From Tumebacillus amylolyticus (GTDB lineage: Bacteria > Bacillota > Bacilli > Tumebacillales > Tumebacillaceae): DNA of 64,000 nucleotides. The translations under genes and the position numbers were made by a program. The stretch spans positions 489,541 to 553,540 of the forward strand of contig NZ_JAEQNB010000002.1 in assembly GCF_016722965.1 (NCBI RefSeq). The letters are read 5' to 3'. Under the pieces are notes generated by a model, which searched no databases, was not told the DNA's origin, and saw only the letters and a list, made by a program, of their open reading frames with translations. Numbering within the stretch: position 1 is the stretch's first letter; every line of letters begins with the position of its first letter. Positions 9,335-19,911 of the stretch are shown here, one piece after another.

Positions 9335-11455
9335 TTATACAAGAAACATTTCTAGCAGACTTTGGAATTTTTTAGCGAATTCTTCAGGCGGAACCGGATG
9401 GCAGAACAAGTACCCTTGCCCCTCGTCACATCCGGAGAGGCGCAGCATGTCCATTTGCTCCTGCGTCTCCACGCCTTCTGCAATGACTTGCAACTGCAGA
9501 TTGTGCGCGAGTTGAATGACGGCGTTGACGATCTTGTCCCCTTCGCGGTCCGGGATGTCGTGGATGAACTCGCGAGCGATTTTTAACTTGTCCACGGGGA
9601 AGCTGCGCAAGTAGCTCAGCGACGAGTACCCCGTCCCGAAGTCGTCAATCGACAGTTGCACGCCCAACTCACTCAAGCACATCAGGGTCTCACGGGCCGA
9701 CTGCGGCGACTGCATCACGATGCTCTCCGTCAATTCCAACTCCAAGAACTGCGGAGAAAGCCCCGTCTCCTCCAACACCGCGCGGACTTCCTCGACGATG
9801 TCTTTTTGCTGGAATTGCATCATCGAGAGGTTGACGGCGATGCGAAGCTCCGGCATCCCCTGTTCATGCCACGCTTTCAATTGACGGCACGCCTCGCGCA
9901 GCACCCACCGTCCCAGCGGGATGATCTCCCCGGTCTCTTCGGCAAGCGGTATGAACTTGGCGGGAGACAACAACCCCAACTCCGGATGTTGCCAGCGCAC
10001 CAACGCCTCTGCTCCGAGAACTCGTCCCGTCTGCAGATGAAGTTTCGGCTGGTAGTGCAACAGAAACTCGCCGCGCTCCAACGCCCCGCGCAAGTTGCGT
10101 TCCAACATCCACTTCTCCGAAACGACCTCGTTCATCTCCGTCTCGTAGACGCAATATTGGTTGCGCTTCTCCTTCGCCCGATACATCGCCGTGTCGGCAT
10201 GTTGCACCAAACTGTCCACGTCCACTCCGTGCAACGGATAGATCGCCACCCCGATCGACGTCGTGAGGAACAACTCATGCTCCTCGATGGCAAACGGCTT
10301 TTGCATCACTTCCAAAATCGCATGAGCCACTTCGGTCACTTCATGGAGATCCAACACGCAGGGAAGCAACACGACAAACTCATCGCCGCCAAGTCGTGCC
10401 ACCGTTTGATCTGAACTCACACACGCCTGCAACCGGCCCGCCACTTCGACGAGCAACAAGTCCCCAATCGAGTGCCCGAGCGTGTCATTGACCATCTTGA
10501 AACGATCCAAATCAAGGAACAACAGCGCAAACTGCCCGGATGACACCCGGCATACGTCAATCGCTTCTCCTACCCGTTCCTTAAAAAGAACCCGATTGGG
10601 CAGTCCGGTAAGCGCATCGTGATACGCTTGATGCTTGATCTCCCGACGATGGCGCTCGACAATTCGCGCCACCGACGACAGGAACGTCATGATGTAAAAC
10701 GAATAAAACGTCAGCAAAAACACTGCGATGAGCAGCATCGACGAAGCCCGCGCCATCAACAGATTGTCTTGCAGCGCACTCACGCTGAAATCCACGCCAA
10801 AAATCGCGTCTTGGCGGCCATCCGGTCGGTAAATCGGCACGAACGCGGAAATCGACTCCCCCCAGAAGTCGACGTTCGGCTCCGACTGAAACATCTGCCG
10901 CCCGTGAAACGACTCGTCCAGCTCTGCAATGTCTTCGTCATAGCGGGTCCCGATCGGCACCCGCTGTTCCCTCGGAGAATCGATCACCCCGTCGCGGTTG
11001 TAATCCGTTTCCGGTGCGACCACGAACATCGTTTGTCCATCCGGGGTCTGACGCATCGTGTACATCGAATCTATTTGCGGATTCAACCGCGTCCAGTTCT
11101 TCATCGCTTCGATCAAAAGCAGATAATGCGGGTCATCCGGTGGGGTTCTCGTTGTGATCTGCCAATGCCCGAGCTCCTTCAATTCATAGGCCATCGTCGG
11201 CGCAAGGCCGGCCAGCATCTCCTGCGTATGACGGCGTTCCACCGCCTCTGCGCGCAGAACCAGCAGATAGCCAAAGACCAGCGTTACCGCCGTTGCCGCA
11301 AACATCAACCTCGGTCCCCAACCCAGTGTCGAGTTCGGCAAATTTCGGCGTTGCAAATACCCTCGCATCATCTTCCGAGTGAACATGTAGATTGTGAAGA
11401 CCAGGGCAACAAACAGCGCATACACTCCGTTCGTCTGCAAAAACGCTCCCACCAT
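9335..11455 (-). CDS. Membrane diguanylate cyclase/phosphodiesterase (periplasmic sensor - TM - GGDEF - EAL)
   Basis: Two TM segments flanking ~200-aa extracytoplasmic region, GGDEF domain (RLGGDEF), EAL domain (EALVRW...QPK, DDFGTGYSSL). Confidence 0.85.
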   Translation of the reverse strand: MVGAFLQTNGVYALFVALVFTIYMFTRKMMRGYLQRRNLPNSTLGWGPRLMFAATAVTLVFGYLLVLRAEAVERRHTQEMLAGLAPTMAYELKELGHWQITTRTPPDDPHYLLLIEAMKNWTRLNPQIDSMYTMRQTPDGQTMFVVAPETDYNRDGVIDSPREQRVPIGTRYDEDIAELDESFHGRQMFQSEPNVDFWGESISAFVPIYRPDGRQDAIFGVDFSVSALQDNLLMARASSMLLIAVFLLTFYSFYIMTFLSSVARIVERHRREIKHQAYHDALTGLPNRVLFKERVGEAIDVCRVSSGQFALLFLDLDRFKMVNDTLGHSIGDLLLVEVAGRLQACVSSDQTVARLGGDEFVVLLPCVLDLHEVTEVAHAILEVMQKPFAIEEHELFLTTSIGVAIYPLHGVDVDSLVQHADTAMYRAKEKRNQYCVYETEMNEVVSEKWMLERNLRGALERGEFLLHYQPKLHLQTGRVLGAEALVRWQHPELGLLSPAKFIPLAEETGEIIPLGRWVLREACRQLKAWHEQGMPELRIAVNLSMMQFQQKDIVEEVRAVLEETGLSPQFLELELTESIVMQSPQSARETLMCLSELGVQLSIDDFGTGYSSLSYLRSFPVDKLKIAREFIHDIPDREGDKIVNAVIQLAHNLQLQVIAEGVETQEQMDMLRLSGCDEGQGYLFCHPVPPEEFAKKFQSLLEMFLV

Positions 11456-11594
11456 AATGTCGGATCACCCCATTCTTAAACAAGGCTAATCCCCCTACAT
11501 TCCTCCATTATACGGGCGAAAGGGAGGAAAAAGGAAGCCGGAAGCGAATTTTAGACGGAAGAGTCTAACTTTTGCAGAGGGGGTTTTTTTCAAC

Positions 11595-12362
11595 ATGAAA
11601 GACAAAGTGGTTATCGTCACAGGCGGCAGTTCGGGCATGGGCAAAGCGATGGCGAAAAAGTTCGCCGCAGAGGGCGCTTTCGTCACCATCACCGGGCGCA
11701 CGCTTGAGAATTTAGAAGCGACCAAGCAAGAGATTCAAACGTTTGACGGCCAAGTGCTCTGCGTGCAAATGGACGTGCGCGATCCGGAACTCGTCCAGCA
11801 AATGGTCGACAAAACCAAGCAAACGTTTGGTCGAATCGATTTCCTCGTCAACAACGCCGCCGGCAACTTCGTCGTCCCGGCCGAGAAGCTCTCGATCAAC
11901 GGCTGGAACTCCGTCATCAACATCGTCCTGAACGGGACGTTCTACTGCTCGCAAACTGTGGGCCAGCACTGGATCGAATCGGGCACCAAAGGCTCGATTC
12001 TGAACATCCTCGCGACCTACGCATGGACGGCGGGACCCGGCGTGATCCACTCCGCAAGCGCCAAAGCGGGCGTCATGGCGATGACCCGCACGATGGCCGT
12101 CGAGTGGGGCCAACGCTACGGAATCCGCGTCAACGCCATCGCGCCTGGCCCGATCGAAAACACCGGCGGCATGGACAAATTGGTCATGTCGGAGAAGCAC
12201 TACAACGCGATGATGCGCTCGATTCCGCTCGGTCGCCTCGGCAAACCGGAAGAGATCGCCGACCTCGCGTACTTCCTGTTCTCCGATTCGGCTGCCTACA
12301 TCAACGGCGACATCATCACGATGGACGGCGGTCAGTGGCTGAACAACATGATGTTCCTCTAA
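11595..12362 (+). CDS. SDR-family oxidoreductase, 2,4-dienoyl-CoA reductase-like
   Basis: VTGGSSGMGKA Rossmann motif, NNAAGNF, YxxxK (SASKAGV); divergent from GGDEF-EAL gene; the antisense ORF 11712..12404 is rejected. Confidence 0.8.
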   Translation: MKDKVVIVTGGSSGMGKAMAKKFAAEGAFVTITGRTLENLEATKQEIQTFDGQVLCVQMDVRDPELVQQMVDKTKQTFGRIDFLVNNAAGNFVVPAEKLSINGWNSVINIVLNGTFYCSQTVGQHWIESGTKGSILNILATYAWTAGPGVIHSASAKAGVMAMTRTMAVEWGQRYGIRVNAIAPGPIENTGGMDKLVMSEKHYNAMMRSIPLGRLGKPEEIADLAYFLFSDSAAYINGDIITMDGGQWLNNMMFL

Positions 12363-12440
12363 GGTACGAAGACATTCCCAGCGTAAGCGGCCGCTTCTGT
12401 GCATAGCCTACTACTACACAATCTCAGGAGGTGGCACGTC

Positions 12441-12683
12441 ATGGAAACGACGACGAAGCGGGACCCGAAAGTTTTTGTCATCCTTGGTTGGATCTTTGCA
12501 GTCGTAACCCTGTTCTTCCTGCCCATTCTGTTTGGCCCGGCGGCAATCGTCATGGGGGCGCTGGCAATCCCGCGCGGAGCCAAAACGCAAGGCATCTTGA
12601 TCATCCTCCTCGCCATCGTTTTCATGGTGATCTCGTTCATTCTGGGGGCTCTGGCGTTCTCCTACCTCTCCACCCGCATGTAA
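12441..12683 (+). CDS. Small membrane protein (two predicted TM helices)
   Basis: RBS AGGAGGTG 6 nt before ATG (METTTKRDP...); two hydrophobic segments; start moved from 12399. Confidence 0.5.
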   Translation: METTTKRDPKVFVILGWIFAVVTLFFLPILFGPAAIVMGALAIPRGAKTQGILIILLAIVFMVISFILGALAFSYLSTRM

Positions 12684-12751
12684 CAGCCCTCATTCACCAC
12701 CTGTTCCCCTCGTGCATACGGTAGGTAGTAGCCCAACGAGTTGAACAGGAG

Positions 12752-13444
12752 GTGAGCAGCCAAGTGAGTACCATTGGACTGCTTGAAGGCTGGGCGGAAG
12801 GTCGACCCGTACGCTATGTGGCAGCCGGGCTCACCCCGCTGACCCTGTCAGGAATGTACGTCCTGATCAGAGGCTACGACCCAAAAGGCGGGCCGCTACT
12901 GCTCGCCCGTCATAAACAAATCCTCGACTCCGTGCCGGGGATGTCCACCTATAGTTCCTTGCGCGTGGTCCACTTTGTCGAGGCCCCGTCGGAACTTGCA
13001 CCGGATTCCATCAAAAGCGTGCAAGACGTCATGCGCCGCGGTCTGCGTTTGCGCACCCCCGGCATGATCGTCAACGCACCCGTCGTTCCCTTGGATGCCA
13101 AGAGTCCGGTCTACCCTGTCGTTCCGGCGTGGCATGAAGGCCAGATGATCGGCTACCTCGACATCGGACCTACGCCGATTCGCTCGGGCAACGTCTTCCA
13201 ACCGATTCGCGGGATCGACAAGACCACCGGCAAGATCGTACCCGTTCCGGATTCGAAACTGCTCTTCGACATGCTCCCGAGTCACCCGATGTACAGTCCG
13301 ATCTGGCGGTTGCACTATGTGCGCGTGCCCGAGGACTTCGACGTCGACAAACTGCGCAACGTCCAGCATATCGCCGAACACAAACTGGCCGTCCGCCCGA
13401 CGACGTCGTTCCTCAACCTGCCGATCCCCGATGTCGGGGTATGA
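12752..13444 (+). CDS. Hypothetical protein
   Basis: 230-codon ORF with GC-rich codon usage; likely true start GTG at 12764 after RBS AGGAGGTG; followed by terminator. Confidence 0.5.
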   Translation: MSSQVSTIGLLEGWAEGRPVRYVAAGLTPLTLSGMYVLIRGYDPKGGPLLLARHKQILDSVPGMSTYSSLRVVHFVEAPSELAPDSIKSVQDVMRRGLRLRTPGMIVNAPVVPLDAKSPVYPVVPAWHEGQMIGYLDIGPTPIRSGNVFQPIRGIDKTTGKIVPVPDSKLLFDMLPSHPMYSPIWRLHYVRVPEDFDVDKLRNVQHIAEHKLAVRPTTSFLNLPIPDVGV

Positions 13445-13486
13445 AAAAAAAACCACGTTCCGCACTTGCGGGGAACGTGGTTTTTG
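13444..13486. terminator. Bidirectional rho-independent terminator between convergent genes
   Basis: A9 - AACCACGTTCC...GGAACGTGGTT - T5. Confidence 0.6.
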
Positions 13487-13487
13487 C

Positions 13488-13745
13488 TTATTGCTCGTTT
13501 TCGATCAGCAAGGCCAACTTCGTCACCGCTTGGTCGGCATCGTTGCCTTCCGCGCGGATGATGATCTCAGCGCCGTTCGAAATCGCGAGCGACATGATGC
13601 CCATGATGCTCTTGGCGTTGACGGACTTGCCTTCCTTCTCCACAAAAACATCGCTTGCGTACTTGTTCGCTTCTTGCACGAACAGAGCAGCCGGTCGCGC
13701 ATGCAAACCGGAGCGCAAGCCAACGGTTACTTTTTTCTCTGCCAC
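13488..13745 (-). CDS. crh: HPr-family phosphocarrier protein, Crh-like by genomic position (downstream of whiA) but retaining His15
   Basis: MAEKKVTVGLRSGLHARPAALFVQEAN...KSVNAKSIMGIMSLA: HPr fold with His15 and Ser46 motifs; synteny yvcJ-yvcK-whiA-crh. Confidence 0.8.
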   Translation of the reverse strand: MAEKKVTVGLRSGLHARPAALFVQEANKYASDVFVEKEGKSVNAKSIMGIMSLAISNGAEIIIRAEGNDADQAVTKLALLIENEQ

Positions 13746-13816
13746 CGCTAAGGTCCCTCCTCAACGTCACTTAACGCTAGTATACCATATGAGGAAAAAT
13801 TTATGACGAAAAATGT

Positions 13817-14755
13817 TTAGATCCCTTTGCCTTCTTTGACACGCTCTGCCATGTCATCGAGTTTGCGCAACCGGTGGTTGACGCCCGACTTCGAGACTTT
13901 TCCAGGCAACATCTCCCCGAGTTCCTTCAAATTGATGTCGGGGAACTGCAAGCGAATCTCGGCGATCTCCCGCAACTTCGGCGGCAAGTTGTCAAGACCA
14001 ATGACTTTTTGCAGAAGTTTGATGTTCTCAATCTGACGGACAGACGCTTCGATGGTTTTGTTCAAGTTCGCCGTCTCGCAGTTGACGAGGCGGTTGACTT
14101 GGTTGCGCATCCCTTTGACGATCCGCACGTCTTCGAAACGCAACAGGGCCTGGTGTGCGCCGATGATGTTCAAGAACTCGATGATCTTCTCGACTTCCTT
14201 GAGGTAGACGACGTACGTGTTCTTGCGGTCGATCAGCTTGGCGTTGAGATCGTACGCGTTCACATGTTCAAGCAACGCTTCGCTGTGGTCGAGGTCGGTG
14301 GAGGAGATCTCCAAGTGGTACGACGAGCCCTCGGGATCGTTGACCGAACCGCCCGCCATGAACGCCCCGCGCAAGTAGGAACGCTTACAGCAGGGTTTTT
14401 TGACCAAGTCGGGGTTGATCCCGGAGACGAACGTCAAATTGGAGTTGGCGATGCACAGTTCTTGGAGAATCTCCGGCGCGTTGTACGGCACGCGCATCAT
14501 GTAGATGTTGTTTTTCTTGAGTCGCATCTTCTTACGGACGAGCAGTTCGGCGTGAACCCCGAACAGTTCCTTGAGCAACGTGTACATGCGGCGGGCAATC
14601 GCCGCGTTCTCCGTTGTGACGTCCAGCGAGAAGCGTTTGTTGGCGATGACGACCGCGCCGTTCATTCGGATCATCGCGGCGAGCTCCGCCCGCTTGCAGC
14701 AGGGTTTGAGGTCGAGCATCGTCAGTTCTTTTTTCGTGCGAGCGGCGAAAGACAA
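13817..14755 (-). CDS. whiA: DNA-binding protein WhiA
   Basis: [33 protein letters not shown]... near-identical N-terminus to Bacillus WhiA; C-terminal HTH. Confidence 0.9.
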   Translation of the reverse strand: MSFAARTKKELTMLDLKPCCKRAELAAMIRMNGAVVIANKRFSLDVTTENAAIARRMYTLLKELFGVHAELLVRKKMRLKKNNIYMMRVPYNAPEILQELCIANSNLTFVSGINPDLVKKPCCKRSYLRGAFMAGGSVNDPEGSSYHLEISSTDLDHSEALLEHVNAYDLNAKLIDRKNTYVVYLKEVEKIIEFLNIIGAHQALLRFEDVRIVKGMRNQVNRLVNCETANLNKTIEASVRQIENIKLLQKVIGLDNLPPKLREIAEIRLQFPDINLKELGEMLPGKVSKSGVNHRLRKLDDMAERVKEGKGI

Positions 14756-14795
14756 GGTCGTTCACCTCCTATCCTATCCAGACCGATACGTGGAA

Positions 14796-15962
14796 TTATT
14801 TGCGAAGTTTGTTCGGATCGCGCCCGATCAGTGCGAGAATTTGCTCCGAGATGCGACGCGCATCGTGACGCGCGTAGATCGAGTAATGTAAAAAGTTGCG
14901 GGCGATGACGTTGAGCCCCATGTTCTGCAAGTTCCAGAGGTCGGCGACGACCGGGATGGATTCCTTTTCCCGATACTGCTCGACGACAGCCGGCGGAATC
15001 GGAGCGGAGTTGACGAGGATGTAGTCGAACAGTTCGACGCCCACATGGTCGTAAATCGCTTGGACATGCTCCGACGCCGTATAGTCGTCCGTCTCCCCCG
15101 CTTGCGTCATCACGTTGCATACGTAAATTTTCTTGGCACTTGCTTCCTTGATCGCCTCGGTCAACCCCGTAACGAGCAAGTTCGGCAAGATGCTGGTGTA
15201 GAGCGAACCCGGCCCGATGACGATCGCATCCGCCTCGCGAATCGCTTCCAGCGATTCAGGCAGCGGATCGAGGTTGTTCGGATGCACTTCGACACGCTCG
15301 ATTTTTTTGTTCGCTTTGGGAATCTGCGACTCGCCTTCGACAAACGTACCGTCTGCAAAAAACGCTCGTAGAATGACCGCTTCGCGTACCGCCGGCAGCA
15401 CGCGCCCGTTGACGGCGAGGACTTGCGAAGACTGCTTGATCGCCGTCTCAAAGTCCCCCGCGACATCGGTCATCGCCGCGATGAACAGATTGCCGAAACT
15501 GTGTCCCGCCAAACCCTCTCCGCCTTTGAAGCGGTACTGCCAGAGCTTCTCCATAAAAGGTTCCGTGTCGGACAGCGCCACGAGACAAGCGCGAATGTCA
15601 CCGGGCGGCGGGATGTCCAGTTCGGAACGCAACCGCCCGGACGAGCCGCCGTCATCGGCGACCGTGACGACCGCCGTGATGTCGATGTCAAACTCCTTCA
15701 AACCGCGAAGCAGCGTCGAGAGGCCCGTTCCGCCGCCGACGACGACGACGCGGGGCTTGCGTTTCTCCAGCAGCATCTGCGTGCGGGTGATCTGCTCATC
15801 CCGCCACCAACCAAACGCCAAGAGTCCCGAGCCGAGCAACAAACAAACCAATCCGATGACCGACGATTGGCCGGGCACGCTGTGGATTCCGATACCGGCC
15901 GCGATCAGACCGAGCCCGAAGGAGCAGACGGTCCACGCGAGGAGCAACCAGTAGCGCACCAT
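14796..15962 (-). CDS. yvcK: Gluconeogenesis factor YvcK/CofD-like (UPF0052), with ~62-aa N-terminal hydrophobic extension
   Basis: VVVVGGGTGLSTLLRGLKEFDIDITAVVTVADDGGSSGRLR core; the N-terminal extension contains two hydrophobic helices; canonical start would be the internal Met at ~15776. Confidence 0.85.
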   Translation of the reverse strand: MVRYWLLLAWTVCSFGLGLIAAGIGIHSVPGQSSVIGLVCLLLGSGLLAFGWWRDEQITRTQMLLEKRKPRVVVVGGGTGLSTLLRGLKEFDIDITAVVTVADDGGSSGRLRSELDIPPPGDIRACLVALSDTEPFMEKLWQYRFKGGEGLAGHSFGNLFIAAMTDVAGDFETAIKQSSQVLAVNGRVLPAVREAVILRAFFADGTFVEGESQIPKANKKIERVEVHPNNLDPLPESLEAIREADAIVIGPGSLYTSILPNLLVTGLTEAIKEASAKKIYVCNVMTQAGETDDYTASEHVQAIYDHVGVELFDYILVNSAPIPPAVVEQYREKESIPVVADLWNLQNMGLNVIARNFLHYSIYARHDARRISEQILALIGRDPNKLRK

Positions 15963-15969
15963 CGGTGGA

Positions 15970-16845
15970 TCAACTCTTTTCCGAGTCGCGGTGAACGACG
16001 GTCGTCCATTCGCGGTCTTTGATGTGTTCGTGGAGATATTCGGCGAGCGCCACCGAGCGGTGCTTGCCGCCCGTACACCCGATGCCGATCACGAGCTGGG
16101 TCTTGCCTTCCTTGCGAAACTGCGGCAACAGGAAGTCCACCATGTCGGTCAACTTGTTGGCAAACGCGTGAGTGATCGGCCACTTCATGACATAGTCGTA
16201 CACGTCTTGGTCACGACCGGTCAACGGGCGCAAGTGGTCGACATAGTGCGGATTCGGCAGGAAGCGCACGTCGAAGATCATGTCCGCTTCGATCGGCACG
16301 CCGTGTTTGAACCCAAACGACATGATGTCGACTTTCATGTGTTGCTGGTCGATGTGCGAGAACCGCTCGACGATCTGCTGACGAAGGGCGCTCGCTTTCA
16401 AGTTGGTCGTGTTGATGATGAGGTCCGCTTTGCCGCGAATCTCTTCCAACATCTCGCGCTCTTCGTGGATGCCCTCGACGACACGTCCGTCCTTCGCCAA
16501 CGGATGGCGACGGCGCGTTTCTTTGAATCGACGGACGATCGTCGAATCATCCGCTTCGAGAAATACGATCTGGTAGTTGACGCCGCCCTTCTGCTCCAAC
16601 TCTTGCAGAGCATCGAACACCGTGTTGAAAAAATCACCGCCGCGCATGTCGCAGACGAGGCCGACCTTGGTGACCTTGCCTTGCGATTGCACGATCAGGT
16701 CGCCAAACTTGGGAATCAAAGCCGGCGGCAAGTTGTCAACGCAGAAAAACCCGATGTCTTCCAGCGCGTCAATCGTCACCGATTTCCCCGCACCGGACAG
16801 ACCCGTAATGATCAATAAATTGATCTCCGTTTGCATGGTGTTCAC
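15970..16845 (-). CDS. rapZ: RapZ/YvcJ-family nucleotide-binding RNase adapter protein
   Basis: LIITGLSGAGKS Walker A, DNLPPALIP motif, C-terminal GCTGGKHRSV. Confidence 0.9.
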   Translation of the reverse strand: MNTMQTEINLLIITGLSGAGKSVTIDALEDIGFFCVDNLPPALIPKFGDLIVQSQGKVTKVGLVCDMRGGDFFNTVFDALQELEQKGGVNYQIVFLEADDSTIVRRFKETRRRHPLAKDGRVVEGIHEEREMLEEIRGKADLIINTTNLKASALRQQIVERFSHIDQQHMKVDIMSFGFKHGVPIEADMIFDVRFLPNPHYVDHLRPLTGRDQDVYDYVMKWPITHAFANKLTDMVDFLLPQFRKEGKTQLVIGIGCTGGKHRSVALAEYLHEHIKDREWTTVVHRDSEKS

Positions 16846-16984
16846 CCCGCTTCACTCAGAATCCATACCTCCTAGTGTACCAGAAGCACCTAAGGAAAGG
16901 AAGAAAGCACCCACACAAAGCCCCCCCATCGAAAAAAAGAGCCTTGGCACACGCATGTGCCAAGGCTCCTTTTTCAATCAGGCG

Positions 16985-19072
16985 TTACTTGTCGTTGTCT
17001 TCGGGGTCCGGTGTCTCGCTCGGGAGTTCGTCCGAAACTTCCTCCTGTGCCGCAACTTCGGCACGAAGTTCTGCGTACGCTTCCTCACGGTCGAAGTCCG
17101 CCTCTTCGACGACTTCCACCGTTTCGATCACGAGACCTTCGAGGTCTGCAAGCGCCGCGGCCGAAGCGAGCGCCATTTCGTTTGGCATCTCCGACTCGAA
17201 CTCCGCTTCGAGGTCCTCGACCGACTCCAAACCGAACGAGTTGCTTCCGTACAGTGCCTCTTCCATCTTGAATCGACGGACGGAGTGGTCGAGCTGTTCC
17301 GCAAGACCCGCCAGTACAGTCGCCGCCGAAGAGATCTCTTGCATCCCCGCCAACTGCTGTTGCGTGGCTGCCGATACTTCCTCGACGCTCGCCGCCGCTT
17401 CCTCGGTGATCGACGCGACGTCCTCGATGTTCCCAAGCACTTGCTGGGTCGAACTCGCAATCGAATCGGTCGTCGAAGCGACCGTCTGCACTTGAGTCAG
17501 CATCTCTTCGATCGAAGACAAGATGACGTCGAAGGAGCGGTTGGTTTCGTTCATCGCACGCACACCGTCTCCGACGCGCTTGTTCGTGCCCGCCAACGCC
17601 GCTTTCATCGTCTCCATCCCCTGTTGGGAATCGCTTACGATGTCGCGGACTTCGTTGGCCGCTTTCGAAGATTGGTCGGCCAGCAATTTGACTTCGCCGG
17701 CAACGACTGCGAATCCGCGCCCGTGCTCTCCGGCACGCGCTGCTTCAATCGCGGCGTTGAGCGCCAGCAAGTTCGTTTGAGCTGCAATCTCGGTGATGAC
17801 GTTGACGATCTCGATGATGCGGCTCAATTGATGGTAGAGCACTTCGAACGCTTCCACCGTATCGGTGTTCGCATCGCGGATGCCGTCGATCTGCTCGGAC
17901 GTGAGTTCCAGCACTTCGCGCCCAATGGACGCGACTTGGGAAGTTTCCTCCGCCTTGCCGACGATGACGTCCATCGTCGTGGTGATCTCGCCGACCGCTT
18001 CGGCCAGTTGGTTCATGAGGTTCGCACTGTCTTGCGAACGCTCGACTTGGCGGGACGTACCCTCGGCCACTTCTTGGACCGTGATGGCCACCGAATGACC
18101 GGCGCGGTTGGACTCTTCCGCCGAAGTTGCCATGCGTTGCGACGCAGCTGCGACTTGGTACGACGCTTCGCCGACTTGCCCGATGATCACGCGCAAATTG
18201 GCAATAACCGCCGATGTCGAGCGTGCCAGTTGGCCCAGCTCATCATGAGCGCGAATGTTCGGATCGACGCGCAGGTCCCCGTCTGCCAACACTTCGTTGA
18301 CTTCGACCAAACGCGAGATGCGCTTGAGGAAGTAGCGGTTGGTGGCGAGACCCAGAGCTCCTGCGAGAATTGCGATCACGGCGATGACGACCAGCGTCAT
18401 GACCCACGAACTGACATAAGTGGTATGAAGGACAGACTTGGAGTCTTCGATGACGGCCACGTTTTTCTTGTTGATATCGTCAAGCGTTGAAGTCAGCTTC
18501 TTGTACGAAGCGGAGAGATTCCCTTCCCAGAGCTGGAACGCGACGATCTGGCTTTTTAAGGACTCTTCGATGACCTTGTTCTGGGCATCGGAGTAGGATT
18601 GCCAGTTTTTCTTGAGTTCAGCGACTTTCTTCTGATCTTCCTCAGTTGTTGCGACCTTCTCGTACTCCTCAATGCTCTGCTTCATCTGCAGGTTGAGTTT
18701 GTCCAAGTTGGTGGACAACACTTTGCGTCCATCATTCGTGTCGGTTCGGATGTAGTTGACGATCAAACGGTCGTACTGTGAAACCTGCACCTTCATGTCT
18801 TCGGCTAAGCGCATCGCGGTGAGGTTCTCTGTGAGGGCCTTCTCCATGTCGTTGTTCAGGCGCGACAATTGAAAAATCGAGGTTGCCCCCACCAAGACAA
18901 TTCCGCAAAACGTAACGAAGATGATGAGACCGAGTTTTTGGCTGAGACGCAACTTGAATCGGTTGTCTACCGCTTCATAAAAGCGGTCTAGCAGCGACAG
19001 GATTCCCGATTTCTTCAGGGCAGTTTTGAAGTACTTCTTAGTAGTCATAGCTCTCCACCCCCTCAGCAGCAA
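16985..19072 (-). CDS. Methyl-accepting chemotaxis protein (N-terminal TM, extracytoplasmic ligand domain, HAMP, MCP signalling domain) with acidic C-terminal tail
   Basis: Highly conserved MCP hairpin tip [36 protein letters not shown]; two TM segments; the antisense ORFs 16577..18490 and 16875..17495 are rejected. Confidence 0.85.
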   Translation of the reverse strand: MLLRGWRAMTTKKYFKTALKKSGILSLLDRFYEAVDNRFKLRLSQKLGLIIFVTFCGIVLVGATSIFQLSRLNNDMEKALTENLTAMRLAEDMKVQVSQYDRLIVNYIRTDTNDGRKVLSTNLDKLNLQMKQSIEEYEKVATTEEDQKKVAELKKNWQSYSDAQNKVIEESLKSQIVAFQLWEGNLSASYKKLTSTLDDINKKNVAVIEDSKSVLHTTYVSSWVMTLVVIAVIAILAGALGLATNRYFLKRISRLVEVNEVLADGDLRVDPNIRAHDELGQLARSTSAVIANLRVIIGQVGEASYQVAAASQRMATSAEESNRAGHSVAITVQEVAEGTSRQVERSQDSANLMNQLAEAVGEITTTMDVIVGKAEETSQVASIGREVLELTSEQIDGIRDANTDTVEAFEVLYHQLSRIIEIVNVITEIAAQTNLLALNAAIEAARAGEHGRGFAVVAGEVKLLADQSSKAANEVRDIVSDSQQGMETMKAALAGTNKRVGDGVRAMNETNRSFDVILSSIEEMLTQVQTVASTTDSIASSTQQVLGNIEDVASITEEAAASVEEVSAATQQQLAGMQEISSAATVLAGLAEQLDHSVRRFKMEEALYGSNSFGLESVEDLEAEFESEMPNEMALASAAALADLEGLVIETVEVVEEADFDREEAYAELRAEVAAQEEVSDELPSETPDPEDNDK

Positions 19073-19188
19073 AGAATAATTTAAACTCTCACCAATTCTC
19101 TGTCAGGGTTATGGTTTCCTGCTCACACACTGAATAAAATTTTGTGCAAATTCTAAACAAGTTGAGCTAATCAATGCTACCGAACCAT

Positions 19189-19650
19189 TTAAATCCCTGA
19201 CTCCGGGCGCCATTCGATCAGCTCATATTCCGGTGTATACCGGAACGTGCCGGTCACCAGACCCTCCGCCTCCCGAATCTGTGGGAGGAACCGTTTGTCC
19301 CCCTCCGCCATCGGGCGCTTCATCCACTCGTCGAGCGGTACCCATTCCAAAATTCCTTCTTCACACTCGGACACCAATTCGCCCGTAAACGAGCCGGCCG
19401 CAAACGTGAACAACATCCAGTGGTTCACGAGTTGTCCGTTTTCTTCGACGAGGATCGTAAACACGCCGCGCAGTTCAGGGTCTTGCAACACCAGACCCGT
19501 CTCTTCGCCGATTTCGCGTACGACCGCTTCATGCAGGGATTCGCCGGTTTCGACTTTGCCGCCCGGCACGACCCACCAGCCGCGTCTGGGCTTTTGCAAC
19601 ATCAAAACCTTATCTTCTTGTTCGATTACACAATGGACTACAAGTTGCAT
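19189..19650 (-). CDS. NUDIX hydrolase (MutT-like)
   Basis: Nudix box [24 protein letters not shown]; start moved to MQLVVHCV with RBS AAAGGTGA. Confidence 0.75.
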   Translation of the reverse strand: MQLVVHCVIEQEDKVLMLQKPRRGWWVVPGGKVETGESLHEAVVREIGEETGLVLQDPELRGVFTILVEENGQLVNHWMLFTFAAGSFTGELVSECEEGILEWVPLDEWMKRPMAEGDKRFLPQIREAEGLVTGTFRYTPEYELIEWRPESGI

Positions 19651-19911
19651 CACTTTATCACCTTTTTTCAGAATAACACCGCTTCTCGAAATAAAAAAGG
19701 GGCGAGGACTCTCTTTCAAGAGTATCCTCGCCCGTGAACAGTATCTATACATTGTAAAGGGGGGTCAATGTGATATCTACACTATAGCGCAGAAATATTT
19801 CACAAGTGTTACAAACGGGTTAACAAAGAGTGACAGTTGTTCACAGTTCAAAAAAAAGCCCGGCACACGCGAGGCGTGGACCGGGCTTCTTTTTCACAAA
19901 CGGGGTGGAGA

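Noticed and set aside
8696-11479. Plus-strand ORFs 8696..9355, 9656..10414, 10619..11479 and minus-strand 11712..12404
   Set aside because: Antisense to udg, the GGDEF-EAL gene and the SDR gene respectively. The real genes have recognisable domains and RBSs.
13874-18490. Long plus-strand ORFs 13874..14908, 15217..15954, 15991..16818, 16577..18490
   Set aside because: Antisense to whiA, yvcK, rapZ and the MCP gene, all of which are highly conserved on the minus strand.
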